A stretch of DNA of 64,000 nucleotides, from NCBI GenBank assembly GCA_037046615.1, contig JBAOHD010000024.1:1-64000 (forward strand). The letters run 5' to 3'. Source of the DNA: Dermatophilaceae bacterium. Lineage in GTDB: Bacteria; Actinomycetota; Actinomycetes; Actinomycetales; Dermatophilaceae. Position numbers and translations under genes: made by a program. Below, one piece after another: positions 1 to 12,911 of this stretch. The stretch's first letter is position 1, and every line of letters begins with the position of its first letter. The notes below the pieces were generated by a model. The model saw only the letters and a program-made list of their open reading frames with translations, was not told where the DNA came from and ran no database searches.

Positions 1-1
1 G

Positions 2-180
2 CGCACCGCGAAGCAGGCGCTCGGCATGCTCGTGCTCGTGAAGGAGACGCTCGGCGACGACTGGCTGACGCCCGAGCGCTTCCGGATCGGCGCCTCGTCG
101 CTGCTCAACGACCTCCTGATGCAGCTCGGCCGCCTCGAGCGCGGCGCCTACCCGTCCCCCGACGCCTACAGCCCGGCCTA
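2..180 (+). CDS. deoC: deoxyribose-phosphate aldolase, C-terminal fragment (window starts inside the gene)
   Basis: Frame-3 translation ...KQALGMLVLVKETLGDDWLTPERFRIGASSLLNDLLMQLGRLERGAY then stop at 178-180. This matches the DeoC C-terminus (RIGASS motif). An aldehyde dehydrogenase gene follows, as in deoC operons. Confidence 0.45.
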
Positions 181-195
181 GGCGAGGAGCCCGCC

Positions 196-1651
196 GATGA
201 GCGCGTTCGAGTACGCCCCCGCGCCCGAGAGCACGGCGATCGTGCGCCTCCGGCCCGCCTACGGGCTGTTCGTGGACGGCGCGCTTCGTCGACGGCGCTC
301 GACGGCGAGCGCCGCCCGACCGTGAACCCGGCCAGCGAGGAGCCGCTCGCCGAGGTCTGGCACGCCGGCCCCGCCGACGTCGACCGCGCCGTCGCGGCCG
401 CGCGGGCGGCCTTCCCCGCCTGGTCGCGCCTGCCGGGCGCCGAGCGCGGCAAGTACCTCTACCGCCTCGCCCGCCTCGTGCAGGAGCGCAGCCGCGAGCT
501 CGCCGTCGCTCGAGGCGCTCGACGGCGGCAAGCCGATCCAGCGAGGCGCGCGACGTCGACCTGCCGCTCGTCGCGGCGCACTTCTTCCACCACGCCGGCT
601 GGGCCGACAAGCTGCGCTACGCCGTGCCGGACGGCGACCCGCGGCCGCTCGGCGTCGTCGGCGCCGATGATCCCGTGGAACTTCCCGCTCCTGATGGCCG
701 CCTGGAAGCTCGCGCCCGGCGCTCGCGTGCGGCAACACCGTCGTCCTCAAGCCGGCGGAGACGACGCCGCTCACGGCGCTCCTCCTCGCGGAGATCGTCG
801 CAGGAGGCCGAGCTTCCCGCCCGGCGTCGTGAACATCGTCACGGGCGGTCCGGCAGACGGGCGCGGCGCTCGTCCAGCCACCCCGACGTCGACGAAGGTC
901 GCCTTCACGGGCTCGACCGCCGTCGGCAAGGAGATCGCAGCGGCCGATCGCGGGCACGGGCGTAGCGCCTCACCCTCGAGCTCGGCGGCAAGGCCGCGAA
1001 CATCGTCTTCGCCGACGCGCCGCTCGACCAGGCGGTCGAGGGCATCGTCAACGGCATCTACTTCAACCAGGGCCACGTCTGCTGCGCCGGCTCGCGCCTG
1101 CTCGTCGAGGAGAGCGGTCGCTCGACGAGGTCGTGCGCCGAGCTCGACGCGCCGCATGCCGCACGCTCCGCGTCGGCGACCCGCTCGACAAGAACACGGA
1201 CGTCGGCGCGATCAACTCGGCGGCGCAGCTCGCGCGCATCCGCGAGCTCGTCGCGGCGGGCGTGGAGGAGGGCGCGCGCGCTCCACCAGGCCGCCGTGCG
1301 ACCTGCCGGAGCGCGGCTTCTGGTTCCCGCCGACGTACTTCACGGAGCGTCGCGCCAGCGCACCGCATCGCCCGCGAGGAGATCTTCGGCCCCGTGCTCT
1401 CCGTGCTCACCTTCCGCACGCCGGACGAGGCGGTCGAGCTCGCGAACAACGACGCGCTACGGCCTCTCGGCGGGCGTCTGGACGGACAAGGGCGCGAAGG
1501 CCTTCGCGCTCGCGCGGCCGGCTGCGGGCTGGCGTGGTCTGGGCGAACACGTTCAACGTCTTCGACCCGTCGTCGCCGTTCGGCGGCATGCAGGGAGTCG
1601 GGCTACGGGCGCGAGGGCGGCCTCGCCGGGCTCAGGGAGTACCTGGCATGA
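196..1651 (+). CDS. NAD-dependent aldehyde dehydrogenase, broken by several frameshifts (pseudogene or assembly indels)
   Basis: ALDH segments lie in three different frames: [81 protein letters not shown]...[54 protein letters not shown] and [16 protein letters not shown]. There is also a short duplicated FVDGA segment near 270-300. Confidence 0.6.
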
Positions 1652-2547
1652 GCGGCGCGGACGGCGGCGCGGGCGCGGGGCGCCTCGACGTGCGCAAGAC
1701 CTGGAAGCTGCTGATCGGCGGCGCCTTCGTGCGCAGCGAGTCGGGGCGCGTGCTCGCGGTCGCCGGCGCGGACGGCGCGCACGTCGCGAACGTCGCACAG
1801 GCCTCCCGCAAGGACGCGCGAGACGCGGTGCGCGCGGCGCGGGCCGCGCAGCCCGGCTGGGCGGGCCGCACCGCCTACAACCGCGGGCAGATCCTCTACC
1901 GGCTCGCCGAGGTGCTCGAGGCGCGCACGGAGGAGCTCGCGGCGCGGATCGACGCGACGCGCGGGATCGGCCGCGAGGCCGCGCGCGTCGAGGTCGCCGC
2001 CGCCGTCGAGCATGCCGTGCACCACGCCGGCTGGACGGACAAGCTGCACGCGGTGCTCGGCGGGGTCGCGCCGGTCGCCGCGCCGTACTTCGCGGTCGTC
2101 ACCCCGGAGCCGGTCGGCGTCGTCGCCATCGCCTGCCCCGACGAGCCGTGCCTCGTCGGCGCCGTCGCGCTGCTCGCGCCCGTGCTCGCCGGCGGCAGCA
2201 CGGCCGTCCTGCTCGTCTCGGAGCGCCACCCGCTCGCGGCCTGCGACCTCGGCGAGTGCCTCGCGACGAGCGATGTCCCGGGCGGCGTCGCGAACGTCCT
2301 CACGGGCCTGCGCGCCGAGGTCGCGCCGGTGCTCGCCGCGCACGGCGACGTCGACGCGATCGTCGACGGCACGGGCGACGCCGCGCTCGGCGCCGAGCTC
2401 GAGCGCGCCGCGGCGACCACGGTCGCCCGCTACCGCGCCGTCGACCCGGCGACGCTCGCCGTCGGCGTCGACCCCGCCGCGCACGGCCTCGCCGCCTGCG
2501 CGCGGACGCTCGAGCTGAAGACCGCGTGGCACCCCGTGGGGCTCTAG
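1648..2547 (+). CDS. short aldehyde-dehydrogenase-family protein (~300 aa, N-terminal/NAD-binding half only)
   Basis: Intact ORF MSGADGG...[41 protein letters not shown]...GGVANVLTG with ALDH-like NAD-binding segments. No catalytic Cys region is visible. Confidence 0.45.
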   Translation: MSGADGGAGAGRLDVRKTWKLLIGGAFVRSESGRVLAVAGADGAHVANVAQASRKDARDAVRAARAAQPGWAGRTAYNRGQILYRLAEVLEARTEELAARIDATRGIGREAARVEVAAAVEHAVHHAGWTDKLHAVLGGVAPVAAPYFAVVTPEPVGVVAIACPDEPCLVGAVALLAPVLAGGSTAVLLVSERHPLAACDLGECLATSDVPGGVANVLTGLRAEVAPVLAAHGDVDAIVDGTGDAALGAELERAAATTVARYRAVDPATLAVGVDPAAHGLAACARTLELKTAWHPVGL

Positions 2548-2549
2548 CG

Positions 2550-3089
2550 GTGCACGACGAGCCCTGGGACGTGCGCGCGACGCGCGTCCTCCACGACACG
2601 GTCGTGCGCGTCGAGGAGCACGACGTCGTCACGCCGGACGGCCGCTCCTTCGCGTACCTGCTCCTGCGCACGCGCGGCTTCGTCAAGGTCGTGCCGGTCA
2701 CGGCGGCGGGCGAGATCGTCTTCGTGCACCAGTACCGCCACGCGTTCGGGCGCACGACGCTCGAGCTGCCCGCGGGCGGCATCGACCCCGGCGAGACGCC
2801 GGAGGACGCGGCCCGCCGGGAGCTCGCGGAGGAGGCGCTCCTGCGCGCCGAGGCGCTCGAGCCGCTCGGCGTGTTCGCGACGAGCCCGGGCCGCTCCGAC
2901 GAGGTCGGCCACATCTTCCTCGCGACGGGCTGCGTGCCCGCGCCCGACGCGGTCCAGCACGAGCCGACGGCGCCGCTCCACGTGCCCGTCGCCGAGGCCT
3001 ACGGGCTGATCGGCGCGGAGGTCACGGACGCGATGAGCGTCGTCGCCCTGATGCTCGCGCGGCCCCGCCTGCCCGGCGCGCCCGCGTGA
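2550..3089 (+). CDS. NUDIX hydrolase (ADP-ribose pyrophosphatase-like)
   Basis: GTG start immediately after the ALDH stop. Protein VHDEPWDV...[25 protein letters not shown] carries a Nudix box (GGx5Ex7REx2EE). Confidence 0.65.
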   Translation: MHDEPWDVRATRVLHDTVVRVEEHDVVTPDGRSFAYLLLRTRGFVKVVPVTAAGEIVFVHQYRHAFGRTTLELPAGGIDPGETPEDAARRELAEEALLRAEALEPLGVFATSPGRSDEVGHIFLATGCVPAPDAVQHEPTAPLHVPVAEAYGLIGAEVTDAMSVVALMLARPRLPGAPA

Positions 3090-3118
3090 GCGACGGCGCG
3101 TAGTACGCTTCGTCCGCC

Positions 3119-3592
3119 GTGGAAGAAGCCGTCGTCTGGATCGTGATCGGCGTCCTCTGCCTGATCGCCGAGGCGCTCACCGTCGGGTTCGTGGCCGCGT
3201 ACTTCGGCGTCGGCGCGTTCGCCGCGGCGGCCGCCGCCTGGCTCGGCGCCCCGATCGGCGGCCAGCTCGCCGTCTTCGCGATCGTCTCGGTCGCCCTGCT
3301 CGCGTTCACCCGCCGCACGATGCTCGACGCCCTCCAGGGCAAGGACGAGCCGGTGCCCTCGAACGTCGACGTGATGCTCGGCAAGAGCGGCATCGTCACC
3401 ATCCCGATCTCGAACGACCTCTCGACGGGCCAGATCCGCGTCGGCACCGAGTTCTGGACGGCGCGCCTGCTCGGCGACGGCTCGGCCACGGTTCCGGCAG
3501 GCGCGAAGGTGGAGATCGTGGAGGTCAAGGGCGTGACCGCCCTCGTCCGGCTCCGCGAGGAGTCCGGGCACGCCGCCACGCACGGCGCCTGA
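3119..3592 (+). CDS. NfeD-family membrane protein (partner of stomatin/SPFH proteins)
   Basis: 157 aa with two N-terminal TM helices and a C-terminal beta domain ([21 protein letters not shown]). An SPFH gene lies downstream. Confidence 0.6.
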   Translation: MEEAVVWIVIGVLCLIAEALTVGFVAAYFGVGAFAAAAAAWLGAPIGGQLAVFAIVSVALLAFTRRTMLDALQGKDEPVPSNVDVMLGKSGIVTIPISNDLSTGQIRVGTEFWTARLLGDGSATVPAGAKVEIVEVKGVTALVRLREESGHAATHGA

Positions 3593-3623
3593 GCCTCGCC
3601 ACCGCCACCGCACCCGGAGCCCC

Positions 3624-4542
3624 ATGCCCCAGCTCGACCCCGATCCCAAGCTCGCCGCCTACGCGCACCCCGAGCGGCTCGTCACGACGGCCTGGCTCGC
3701 CGCGCACCTCGACGACCCGGACGTCGTCGATCGTCGAGTCGGACGAGGACGTGCTGCTCTACGACACCGGGCCACATCCCGGGCGCGGTCAAGGTCGACT
3801 GGCACGCCGACCTGAACGACCAGGTCGCGCGCGACTACGTCGACGCCGCCGGCTTCGCCGCGCTGATGCGCCGCGAAGGGCATCGCGCCGCGACCAGCAC
3901 CGTCGTCATCTACGGCGACAACATCAACTGGTGGGCCGCGTACGCGCTCTGGGTGTTCACCCTGTTCGGCCACGAGCGACGTGCGCGCTGCTCGACGGCG
4001 GCCGCGCGAAGTGGATCGCCGAGGGCCGCGCGCTCGACCACGCGACGTGCCCGCACGGACGCGCGAGCGACTACCCCGTGGTCGCCGCGCGACGACAGCC
4101 GCGATCCGCGCCTTCCGGGACGACGTGCTCGCCGCACGTGCGCGCGGGCGGCCGCTCGATCGACGTGCGCTCCCCCGGCGAGTACACCGGCGAGCTCACT
4201 GCACATGCCGGACTACCCGCAGGAGGGCGCGCTGCGCGGCGGCCACATCCCGGGCGCGGCGATCGATGCCGTGGGCGCAGGCGGCGAACGACGACGGCAC
4301 CTTCAAGACCGCCGCCGAGCTGCGCGCGATCTACGCGGGCGAGCTCGGCCTCGACGCCGGACGAGCCGATCGTCGCCTACTGCCGGATCGGCGAGCGCTC
4401 GAGCCACACCTGGTTCGTGCTCACGCACCTGCTCGGCTACCCGGACGTCCGCAACTACGACGGCTCGTGGGCGGAGTGGGGCAACAGCGTGCGCGTGCCG
4501 ATCGAGCGGCCGGGCCAGCCGGTGCGCCCCGCGGAGGCGTGA
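3624..4542 (+). CDS. thiosulfate sulfurtransferase (tandem rhodanese), frameshifted
   Basis: Rhodanese pieces lie in three frames: [96 protein letters not shown]. The last piece carries the active-site CRIGERS motif. Confidence 0.6.
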
Positions 4543-4965
4543 TGCGCGCAGGCGCTCTCCGAGATCGTCGAGGAGTTCGCGCGAGGCCGACCGGGAGGAG
4601 CGCGCTGCAGCTCCTGCTCGAGTTCGGCGAGCGCCTGCCGCCGCTGCCGCCGCGCCTCGCCGCCGCCGGCGAGGCCGCGCTCGAGCGGGTCGTCGAGTGC
4701 CAGTCGCCGCTCTTCCTCGCCGTCGAGGTCGGCGGCGAGGGCCGCGTGCGCGCTCTGGTTCGACGCGCCGCCCGAGGCGCCGACGACCCGCGGCTTCGCC
4801 GGGATCCTCCACGCGGGGCTCGACGGCGCCACCGTCGACGAGGTGCTGACGACGCCGGGCGAGCTGACGGCGGAGCTGCGCCTCGCCGAGGTCGTGTCGC
4901 CGCTCCGCATGCGGGGCATGGCGGCGATGCTGGCCCGCATCAAGCGCCTCGTCGCCGCGGGCTGA
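4542..4965 (+). CDS. sufE: SufE-like cysteine desulfuration protein, frameshifted
   Basis: [15 protein letters not shown]...[16 protein letters not shown] (SufE Cys motif) and a C-terminal piece [19 protein letters not shown], split over two frames. Sits next to rhodanese as in actinobacteria. Confidence 0.5.
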
Positions 4966-5044
4966 CGGCGCACCCGCCGAGCGGCGGGGCGCCGCGCGTT
5001 CGACTACGCTTCGCGCACCCGTCCGCGATTCGGGAGGACCATCC

Positions 5045-6017
5045 GTGAGTGTCGGACTGATCGTGGCGCTCGCCATCGTCGTGCTCGTGCTCGTGCTGGC
5101 GCTGCGCTACGTCCGCGTGGTGCGCCAGAGCACCACCCTCGTCGTCGAGCGCCTCGGCCGGTACTCGCGCACCCTCTCGCCCGGGCTCAACTTCCTGATC
5201 CCGTTCGTGGAGAGCGTCCGGCAGGAGATCGACATGCGCGAGCAGGTCGTCTCGTTCCCGCCGCAGCCCGTGATCACCGAGGACAACGTGACGATCTCCA
5301 TCGACACGGTCTTCTACTTCCAGGTCACGGACCCGTTCCGCGCCGTCTACGAGGTCGCGAACCTGCTCGTCGCGGTCGAGCAGCTGACGACGACCACGCT
5401 CCGCAACGTGATCGGCTCGCTCTCCCTCGAGGAGACGCTGACGAGCCGCGACAAGATCAACGCCGACCTCCGCGTCGTGCTCGACGAGGCGACGGAGCGC
5501 TGGGGCATCCGCGTCAGCCGCATCGAGCTGAAGTCGATCGACCCGCCGATGTCCATCCAGGAGGCGATGGAGAAGCAGATGCGGGCCGAGCGCGACAAGC
5601 GCGCGGCGATCCTCACGGCCGAGGGCGACAAGCAGTCCGCGGTGCTCACGGCCGAGGGCGAGCGGCAGGCCGCGATCCTGCGCGCCGAGGCCGAGCAGCA
5701 GCGCGGCGATCCTCCGCGCCGAGGGCGACAAGCAGGCGAAGATCCTGCGCGCCCAGGGCGACGCCGAGGCCGTGCGCCAGGTCTTCCACGCGATCCACGA
5801 GGGCGACCCGACGCCCGACCTGCTCACGTACAAGTACCTCGAGCAGCTGCCGCTGCTCGCGAACGGGCAGGCGACGAAGCTGCTGATGGTGCCGAGCGAC
5901 GCCGTGCAGGCGCTCGGCTCGATGGCCTCCCTCGGGGCGGCCTTCCAGACCGGGCAGGACGTGGCGGGCGGCGACGGGCGGCCGGCCGGCGGCCGCGGGC
6001 CGGGTGGCGCCGCGTGA
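5045..6017 (+). CDS. SPFH/band-7 (stomatin/HflC-like) protein, one frameshift near 5700
   Basis: [29 protein letters not shown]...[31 protein letters not shown]...[39 protein letters not shown], then [36 protein letters not shown] in another frame. Confidence 0.7.
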
Positions 6018-7809
6018 GCGCGATCGAGGCGGCGGGGCCGCGCGCGGAGGGCGTCCGCTGGGACTCTCGCCCGGATCGTCGCCGACGACGACGCGGCGCG
6101 CGGCGCTGCTCGACGACGCGCTGGCCGCGTCCGCGGCCTTCGCGGAGCGCTACCGCGGGCGCGTCGCGGAGCTCGATCGCGGAGCAGCTCGCAGCGGCGC
6201 TCGCCGAGCTCGGCGAGCTCGGCAACGCGCTCGGCGCGCGTCGGCTCGTACGCCGGCCTCGCGCGTTCCGTCGACGTGAACGACGTCGAGGCGCGCGACC
6301 TCGAGGCGGTCGTCGACCAGGGGCATGGTCGCCGCCGGCAACGCGCTGCGCTTCTTCGAGCTCGAGTGGATCGCGCTCGACGACGCCCGCGCCGAGGAGC
6401 TCCTGGCCGACGAGCGCCTCGCCGCGGACCGCCACCACCTCGCCGCCGAGCGCCGCTACCGGCCGCACCGGCTGAGCGAGCCCGAGGAGCGCATGCTCGC
6501 CGAGCGCGAGCCCGTCGTGCAGGCGTGGTCGAGCCTCTTCGACCAGACCGTCGCGAACGTCCGCACGACGTTCGACGACGGGCGCCGGGCGAGCGCCCGC
6601 ACACGGTCGAGGAGCTGCTCTCGTACGTGCACCGGCCCGCAGCGCGAGCTGCGCCTGCGCGCGCTCGACACGCTCTACGCCGCGCTCGAGCCGCAGACGC
6701 CGGTGCTCGCGAGCTGCTACGACGCGATCGTCGCCGACCGGCTCGTGCAGGACCGCCTGCGCGCCTACCCGGATCCCGCTCGCCGCGCGCCACCTCTCGA
6801 ACGAGCTCGAGCCGGCCGCGGTCGACGCGATGATGGCGGCGATCGAGGAGCGCTACGACATCGCGCAGCGCTGGTTCCGGCGCAAGGCGGAGCTGCTCGG
6901 CCTCGAGCGCCTCCACCTCGCCGACCAGTACGCGCCGCTCGACGCGGGCCGCGTCGTCTCGTACGCCGAGTCGCAGGGCCCTCGTGCGCGACGCCTTCGG
7001 CCGCTTCTCGCCCGAGGTGCGCGACCTCTGCGAGGCGTTCTTCGAGGAGCGCCGCGTCGACGCCGAGCCGCGGCCGGGCAAGCGCGGCGGCGCGTTCTGC
7101 GCGAGCGTCGCCCAGGACGCCTCCCCGTACGTGCTCCTGAACTACACGGACACGCTGCGCGACGTGATGACGATGGCCCACGAGCTCGGCCACGGCATGC
7201 ACTTCGCCTACTCCCGGGCGCAGACGCCGCACTCGTTCCACGCGCCGCTCGCCCTCTGCGAGGTGCCGAGCACGTTCGCCGAGCTGCTCGTCTTCGACCG
7301 CATGCTCGAGACCGAGGAGGACCCGGCGACGCGCGCCGCGCTCGTCCGCGGCGAGCTCGAGAGCGGCTTCGCCACCGTCTTCCGCCAGACGATGATGGTG
7401 CGCTACGAGCAGGACTCGTACGGCACGCGCGGCGGGCGGCCAGGCGCTCACGCCGGAGCGGCTCTCCGACTTCTGGCTCGATCGCAACCGGCGCTACTAC
7501 GGCGACTCGATGGAGCTGCCGGAGGGCTACCGGCTCGGCTGGTCGTACATCCCGCACTTCATCCACACGCGCTTCTACACGTACGCGTACGCGTTCGCGC
7601 ACCTCGCGAGCCTCGTCCTCTACGCCCTCTACCGCGACGAGGGCGCGTCGGCGTTCGTGCCGCGCTACCTGCAGCTGCTCCAGACGGGCGGCTCCGCCGC
7701 GCCGGGCGACCAGCTCGGCGCGTTCGGCATCGACCTCGCCGACGTCGGAACGTGGCGGCGCGGGCTCGACGAGATGGAGCGGATGCTCGACGCGGCGCTC
7801 GCCGGCTGA
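6004..7809 (+). CDS. pepF: M3-family oligoendopeptidase F (PepF), frameshifted
   Basis: HEXXH zinc motif in TMAHELGHGMHFAYS. N-terminal, middle and C-terminal PepF segments (FFELEWIALDDARAEELLADERL; MELPEGYRLGWSYIPHFIHTRFYTYAYAFAHL) lie in three frames. Confidence 0.65.
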
Positions 7810-7828
7810 CCGCCGGCGGGAGCGCGAG

Positions 7829-7911
7829 TGCCGAAGGCGGGAGTCGAACCCGCACGCCCTCTCGGGCGACCGATTTTGAGTCGGCCGCGTCTACCGTTCC
7901 GCCACTTCGGC
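7829..7911 (-). tRNA. tRNA-Leu (anticodon CAA)
   Basis: Reverse complement GCCGAAGTGGCGGAACGGTAGACGCGGCCGACTCAAAATCGGTCGCCCGAGAGGGCGTGCGGGTTCGACTCCCGCCTTCGGCA. It has a 7-bp acceptor stem, an anticodon loop CTCAAAA, a long variable arm and a TTCGA T-loop. Confidence 0.8.
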
Positions 7912-7934
7912 GCCGTCCGAGCATACACGCGCAC

Positions 7935-9170
7935 GCCCCGGCGGCGCGCGGCGGCGCTCGTGCTCGCGGTCGCGCTCGCCGCGGTCGCGCTCGCGGCCTG
8001 CGACGACGAGCGGCGCGACGCGGCGAGCGGGGCGACGGAGCCGCGCGGCGGACGCCCCGCGCCGCGGACCGTCGCTCGCGCCGCTGCTGCGCGGCCCGCG
8101 CGCGGCGCTCGGCGCGAGCGCGGCTCGCCGCCGTGCGCGCGGTCGTCGACGCGCGCGGCGGACGGCGCGGCCGCCGCCGGCTCGTCGTCGAGCGGCGTCG
8201 ACATCGGCCGCGCGCGGCTGCACGTCGGCACGGCCGCGGAGGCCGCCGCGCGACGCCGCGCACCGCCGCCGTGGTCGGCGGGGCTCGGACGAGCGCCTGC
8301 GCCGACGGCGATCGCGCGCCGTCGACGGCGCCGAGCGGGGCTCGCCCTGCTCGCCGACGGACGCGGGCGGCGCGCCCGCGCCGGACGCGGGTCTGCCTGC
8401 GCCTGACACCGACGGCGGGCTGGAGCGATGGCGCGTCGCCGCCGTCGCGCCTCGCCGCCGACCTCGGCGCCGAGCGCGGGTGGCGGTGCTCGAGGACGGC
8501 AGCGCGGGAGGCCGTCGGCCTCGGCGACGCCGTCGCCCGCGGCCGCGGCGGCGGCGGGCGTCGCGGTGGCGGAGCGCGTGCGGGTCGACGCGACCGGGAC
8601 GCCGCGAGCGACGCTGCGTCCGCGGCCTCGGCCGGACGTGGACGCCGTGATCCTGCTGGCGGCGCCCGCGCCCGCCGGGCTCGCCGCGCTCGCGGGCCGG
8701 GCGGCGGCGGGCGGCGCCGGGGCCGCCGCGGTGCCGGTGATCGCGCCGGACGCGTACGCGATCGGCGGCTGCTCGCAGCACTCCCGGCGCCGGCAGCTCG
8801 CGGGCGTCGCGCGTGCTCTTCCCGGGCGTCGCGCCGCCCGTCGTGCTCCGCGGCCGCGGCGGCGGCGCCGCGGCGCCTCGCGGAGGCGCTCGCGGCGGAG
8901 GACGCGAGCCTCGAGCCGCTGGCGGCGGAGGCGGCGGCGGCGGCGCAGGCCGTGCTCGCCGCACCCTCCGACGAGACGCCGACGGCAGCCGCGGCGGCGC
9001 GTGCGCGCGGCCGCGGGCGGGGTGCGCCTCGACGCCGGCACGCGCGGCGACGGGCGCCGCGCGTCGGCGTTCGCGGCCGGACGGCAGCGCGGCCGTGCGC
9101 ACCCTCTCCGTGCTCGTCGCCCGCCCGCCGCGGCTCGGCGTCGAGCGCACGCTCGTGCTGCCGTAGCGTC
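7935..9170 (+). CDS. putative lipoprotein, possibly a type-I periplasmic binding protein; heavily frameshifted and uncertain
   Basis: Lipobox LVLAVALAAVALAAC near the start. Later segment VDAVILLAAPAPAGLAALAGRAAAGGAGAAAVPVIAPDAYAIGGC. No continuous frame survives. Confidence 0.25.
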
Positions 9171-9276
9171 GCCCGCTCCGGCGCGGCGCGCCGCGGAGCG
9201 CTGGTAGCCTCCGTCCGGCCTGGCGAGGCCGGCGGTCAGCTCGCCGCCGCGCCGCTCGCGCGCCGCCCCCTCCTCG

Positions 9277-10030
9277 ATGCCCGCTCCCTCCGCCGAGACG
9301 ACCCTCCTGCGCGTCGCGCTGCCGGACCGCCCGGGCGCGCTCGCGAGCCTCGCGCGCTGCCTCGGCGCCTGCGGCGTCGACATCCAGGGCGTCGAGGTCG
9401 TCGGCCACGAGGACGGCGTCGCGATCGACGACATCCTCGTCCACGGCGGCGATCTCGAGCCGGGCGCTCGGCGCCCTCGACGACGACGTGCGGGTGCTCG
9501 GCCGCGTGGCGGGCGCGAGCCTGCCCGACCCGGGCCTCCTGATGGCGGAGGCGCTCGGGGCGGTGCTCGCCGCGCCGACCGTGGAGGCCGCGCGGGCCGC
9601 GATCGTGCGCGCCGCGCGGTGCGGATCGGGGCCGGCTCCGGCGGCGGCGCTGCTCCGGCGCTCGGGGGCCGACGACCGCCTCTCGCCTCGACCGGCGCGA
9701 CCGTGCCCGGGCCTCGGGGACGTCCCCGCCTACCAGCCGTCGCTCGCGCGGCGCGCGCTCCGCGCGCGGGCCGGCCGCTCGCCGCCGCCGCGGCCGACGA
9801 GGGCTGGGCGCCGCCCGCCTGGCGCGAGGCGCTGCCGGGACGCCAGGTCGCCGCGGTGCCGGTCGTCGTCGGCGACGACGCCGCCTGCTCGTCGTGCGCG
9901 ACGCGGACGTCCCGTTCGTCGACGCCGAGGTCGACCGTCTCGCGGCGCTCCTGCGGGTCGTCCTCTCTCCCCGAACGGGTAGGCGATCTGCGGGCGGCCA
10001 CCCGGGCGGTCCGACGCCGACCGCGAAGTG
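9277..10030 (+). CDS. ACT-domain-containing protein (hypothetical), frameshifted
   Basis: MPAPSAETTLLRVALPDRPGALASLARCLGACGVDIQGVEVVGHEDGVAIDDILV has an ACT-like fold signature. Confidence 0.3.
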
Positions 10031-11463
10031 GGTCTAGGGTGCGACGGTGATCGCCCCCCGCGTCGTCGTCGCCGGCCTCGCGCGCGCCCTCGCTGCGCCG
10101 ACCGCCACCGCCGCGGTGCCGACGGCGCCCGCGCGCGTCTGGTACCGTGCCGAGCTCGCCTGTCCTAGGCGAGACGCTCCGTGCGAGCGGCGCGGGCGAC
10201 CAGCAGACGACCGCCGCCACGCGGCTCGCGCTCGTCCTGCGGAGCTGGCGCCCCGCATGCCGTTCACGCGCACCGTGCACGCCACGGCCGTGCGCCCGCG
10301 CCGCGGCGCCGCTGAGTCAGCGGCGCGCGCACGGCGGCTCGGCTACCGGGAGCAGCTCGCGTTCGCCGCGCCGCTCGCCGGCGCGTTCGGCGCGACGGGC
10401 GTCGTCGAGCTCGTCGAGACGCGCCGCGCGTACCGCCCGGGGGAGGGCGTGCCGTGCGCCACGCTCGTCAGCGACGGCGTCGCAGGGCCGAGGCCGCTCG
10501 AGTGGCATCGACCGGCCGCGGCGGCTTCGTCGGCTGGGGCCTCGCGCTCACGGGCGCGCGCCGCGCCGAGATGCGCGGCTCGCGCCTGGCGCGACGTGCC
10601 CCGCCCGCGTCGGCCGCGCGGGCATCGTCGACGTCGCAGGGACGCCGGTGCCGGCGGACGTGCTCGACGTGCCGGGCCTGCGCGTCCGGCGGGGCTGCCG
10701 CGCGGCGCCGCGCTGCGCGCCCGACGCCGCGCGGCTCGTCGTGGGGCGGCGCTTCGGACGGCCGCTCCGCTTCGTCTGGGACGGCCGCCAGCGGCGCGGC
10801 GTCCTCACCGTGCTCTCGCAGCACGTCCAGATCGCGCTCGTCCCGTGCGGCAGCGGGCGGCGACCTGGCCGCTGCGGCTGAGCCGAGCTCGCGCACGGGG
10901 GCGTGGGCTCACGCGCCGTCGCGGGCGCGCAGCGCGCCGTCGAGCGGCGCGAGGCTCTCGCGTCGTCCGCGTCGTCGAACGCGTCGGTGCGCTCCTGGCC
11001 GCCGAGCGACGAGGACGAGCGCGGTAGCTCGTAGCAGTCGGCGCAGCCCGTCTCGCCCGACGGCGGCGCGGGCAGGGGATCGGGCACGAGCCCGGCGAGC
11101 TCCGCGAGACCGGCCTCGTCCGAGACCGACCACCGTGCGGGCAGGCTGGCCCGTGAAGCCGCCCGACCACGTCAGCGACGCGCGCTCGAGCGGCGCGGCG
11201 ACGAGCGTGGTGCCGGTCGAGGAGCCGGTGCCGACGTCGCTCGTGGCGACCCCGCCGAAGCCGAGGAAGGCGAGGAGCGCTGCGAGGATCGCGATCATGG
11301 ACATCGGACGCACTGTAGCCCGCGGGGGTTCCCGCGTCGCGGCCGAGGGGTCGCCTGCTACGCTGTCGCGCGCTGGCAGTGCTGCTGGCACGACGCGATG
11401 CGGCGTCCCCGTCCGGGGAGTCGTGCGCCCTCCCGAGGGGGACGCAGGACAAGGAGGACGGCG

Positions 11464-12798
11464 TGGACAAGCGCGACTTGATCGAGAAGTGCCGCGAGCA
11501 CAACGTGCGCTTCGTGCGGCTCCAGTTCACCGAGCTCTACGGGCACATGAAGAACGTCTCGATCCCGGTCGAGGAGCTCGAGAAGGCGCTGGACAACGAG
11601 CTCATGTTCGACGGCTCGTCGATCCGCGGCTACAAGCGGATCGAGCAGTCGGACATGTACTTCCGCCCCGATCCGGACACCTTCACGATCCTGCCGTGGC
11701 GCCACCGCGCCTCGGGCGCCGTCGCCCGCCTCATCTGCGACGTCGCCGACCCCGACGGCACGCCGTTCGCGGGCGACCCGCGCGTCGCGCTCAAGAAGGT
11801 CGTCGCGCAGGCGGCCGAGCTCGGCTACACAGATGGGCGTCGGCCCGGAGGCGGAGTTCTTCCTCTTCAAGCGCGACGCGCTCGGGCGCCCCGACGGTGG
11901 ACACGCACGACAAGGCCGGCTACTTCGACGTGGCGCCGTCCGACCTCGGCGAGAACACGCGGCGCGACATCGAGGACACGCTGCACGAGATGGGCTTCGC
12001 GCTCGAGGCATCGCACCACGAGGTCGCGATCGGCCAGCACGAGATCGACTTCCGGCACGCCGAGCCCGATCACGACTGCGCCGACAACCTCGTCACGTTC
12101 CGCTGGGTCGTGCGCGTGATCGCAGCCGAGCACGGCATGCACGCGACGTTCATGCCGAAGCCGATCTTCGGCGAGAACGGCTCGGGCATGCACGTCAACC
12201 AGTCGCTCGCGACGGGACGGCGAGAACGCGTTCTACGACCCGAGCGGCGAGCTCGAGCTGTCCGGCCCGGCGTACGGCTACATCGCCGGCCTGCTCGACG
12301 CACGTGAAGGCGATCACCGGCGATCGCGAACCCGACCGTCAACTCGTACAAGCGGCTCGTGCCGGGCTACGAGGCGCCGGTCTACATCGCGTGGTCGCCG
12401 CGGCAACCGCTCCGCCGCGATCCGCATCCCGGCGAAGCGCGGCCGCTCGACCCGCGTCGAGCTGCGCACCCCGGACCCGACGGCGAACCCGTACCTCGCC
12501 TTCGCGGTCATGCTCGCGGCCGGCCTCGACGGCATCAAGAACGGCCTCACGCCGCCGGCGCCGGTCAACAAGAACATCTACCACCTCTCCGGACGAGGAG
12601 CAGCAGGAGCTCGGCATCGACTCCCTGCCGCACAACCTCGAGGATGCGCTCGACGCGCTCGAGGCGGACGAGGTGATCCGCGACGCCCTCGGCGAGCACA
12701 TCTTCGAGGCGTTCCTCGCCGAGAAGCGCGCGGAGTGGAACGACTACCGCAGCGACCGTGCACCAGTGGGAGCTCGACCGCTACATGGAGTCGTTCTA
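11464..12798 (+). CDS. glnA: glutamine synthetase type I, many frameshifts
   Basis: [74 protein letters not shown], then [77 protein letters not shown] and [20 protein letters not shown] spread over three frames. Confidence 0.75.
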
Positions 12799-12911
12799 GC
12801 GTCTCCGTCGACGGGCTCCGGGCGCGAGGGCGCGATCGGCCTCGCCGGGGGCGGCCGCCCGGCCGCCCCGCGGCGCCTCCCGGCCCGGGCCCGCCGCTAC
12901 GGTGGCGCGCC

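Noticed and set aside
1296-3089. 597-aa + ORF and the 741-aa ORF 322..2547
   Set aside because: They are frame-fusion artefacts. They stitch out-of-frame stretches of the first ALDH onto the second ALDH-like gene or onto the NUDIX gene. Real gene boundaries are 196-1651, 1648-2547 and 2550-3089.
4940-7081. 713-aa minus-strand ORF. Similar long antisense ORFs occur at 7665..10280 (871 aa), 7891..9444, 1603..2532 and 259..957.
   Set aside because: They are Arg/Ala/Pro/Gly-rich, low-complexity translations antisense to recognisable genes (SPFH, pepF, ALDH). These are typical stop-codon-poor artefacts of >75% GC DNA.
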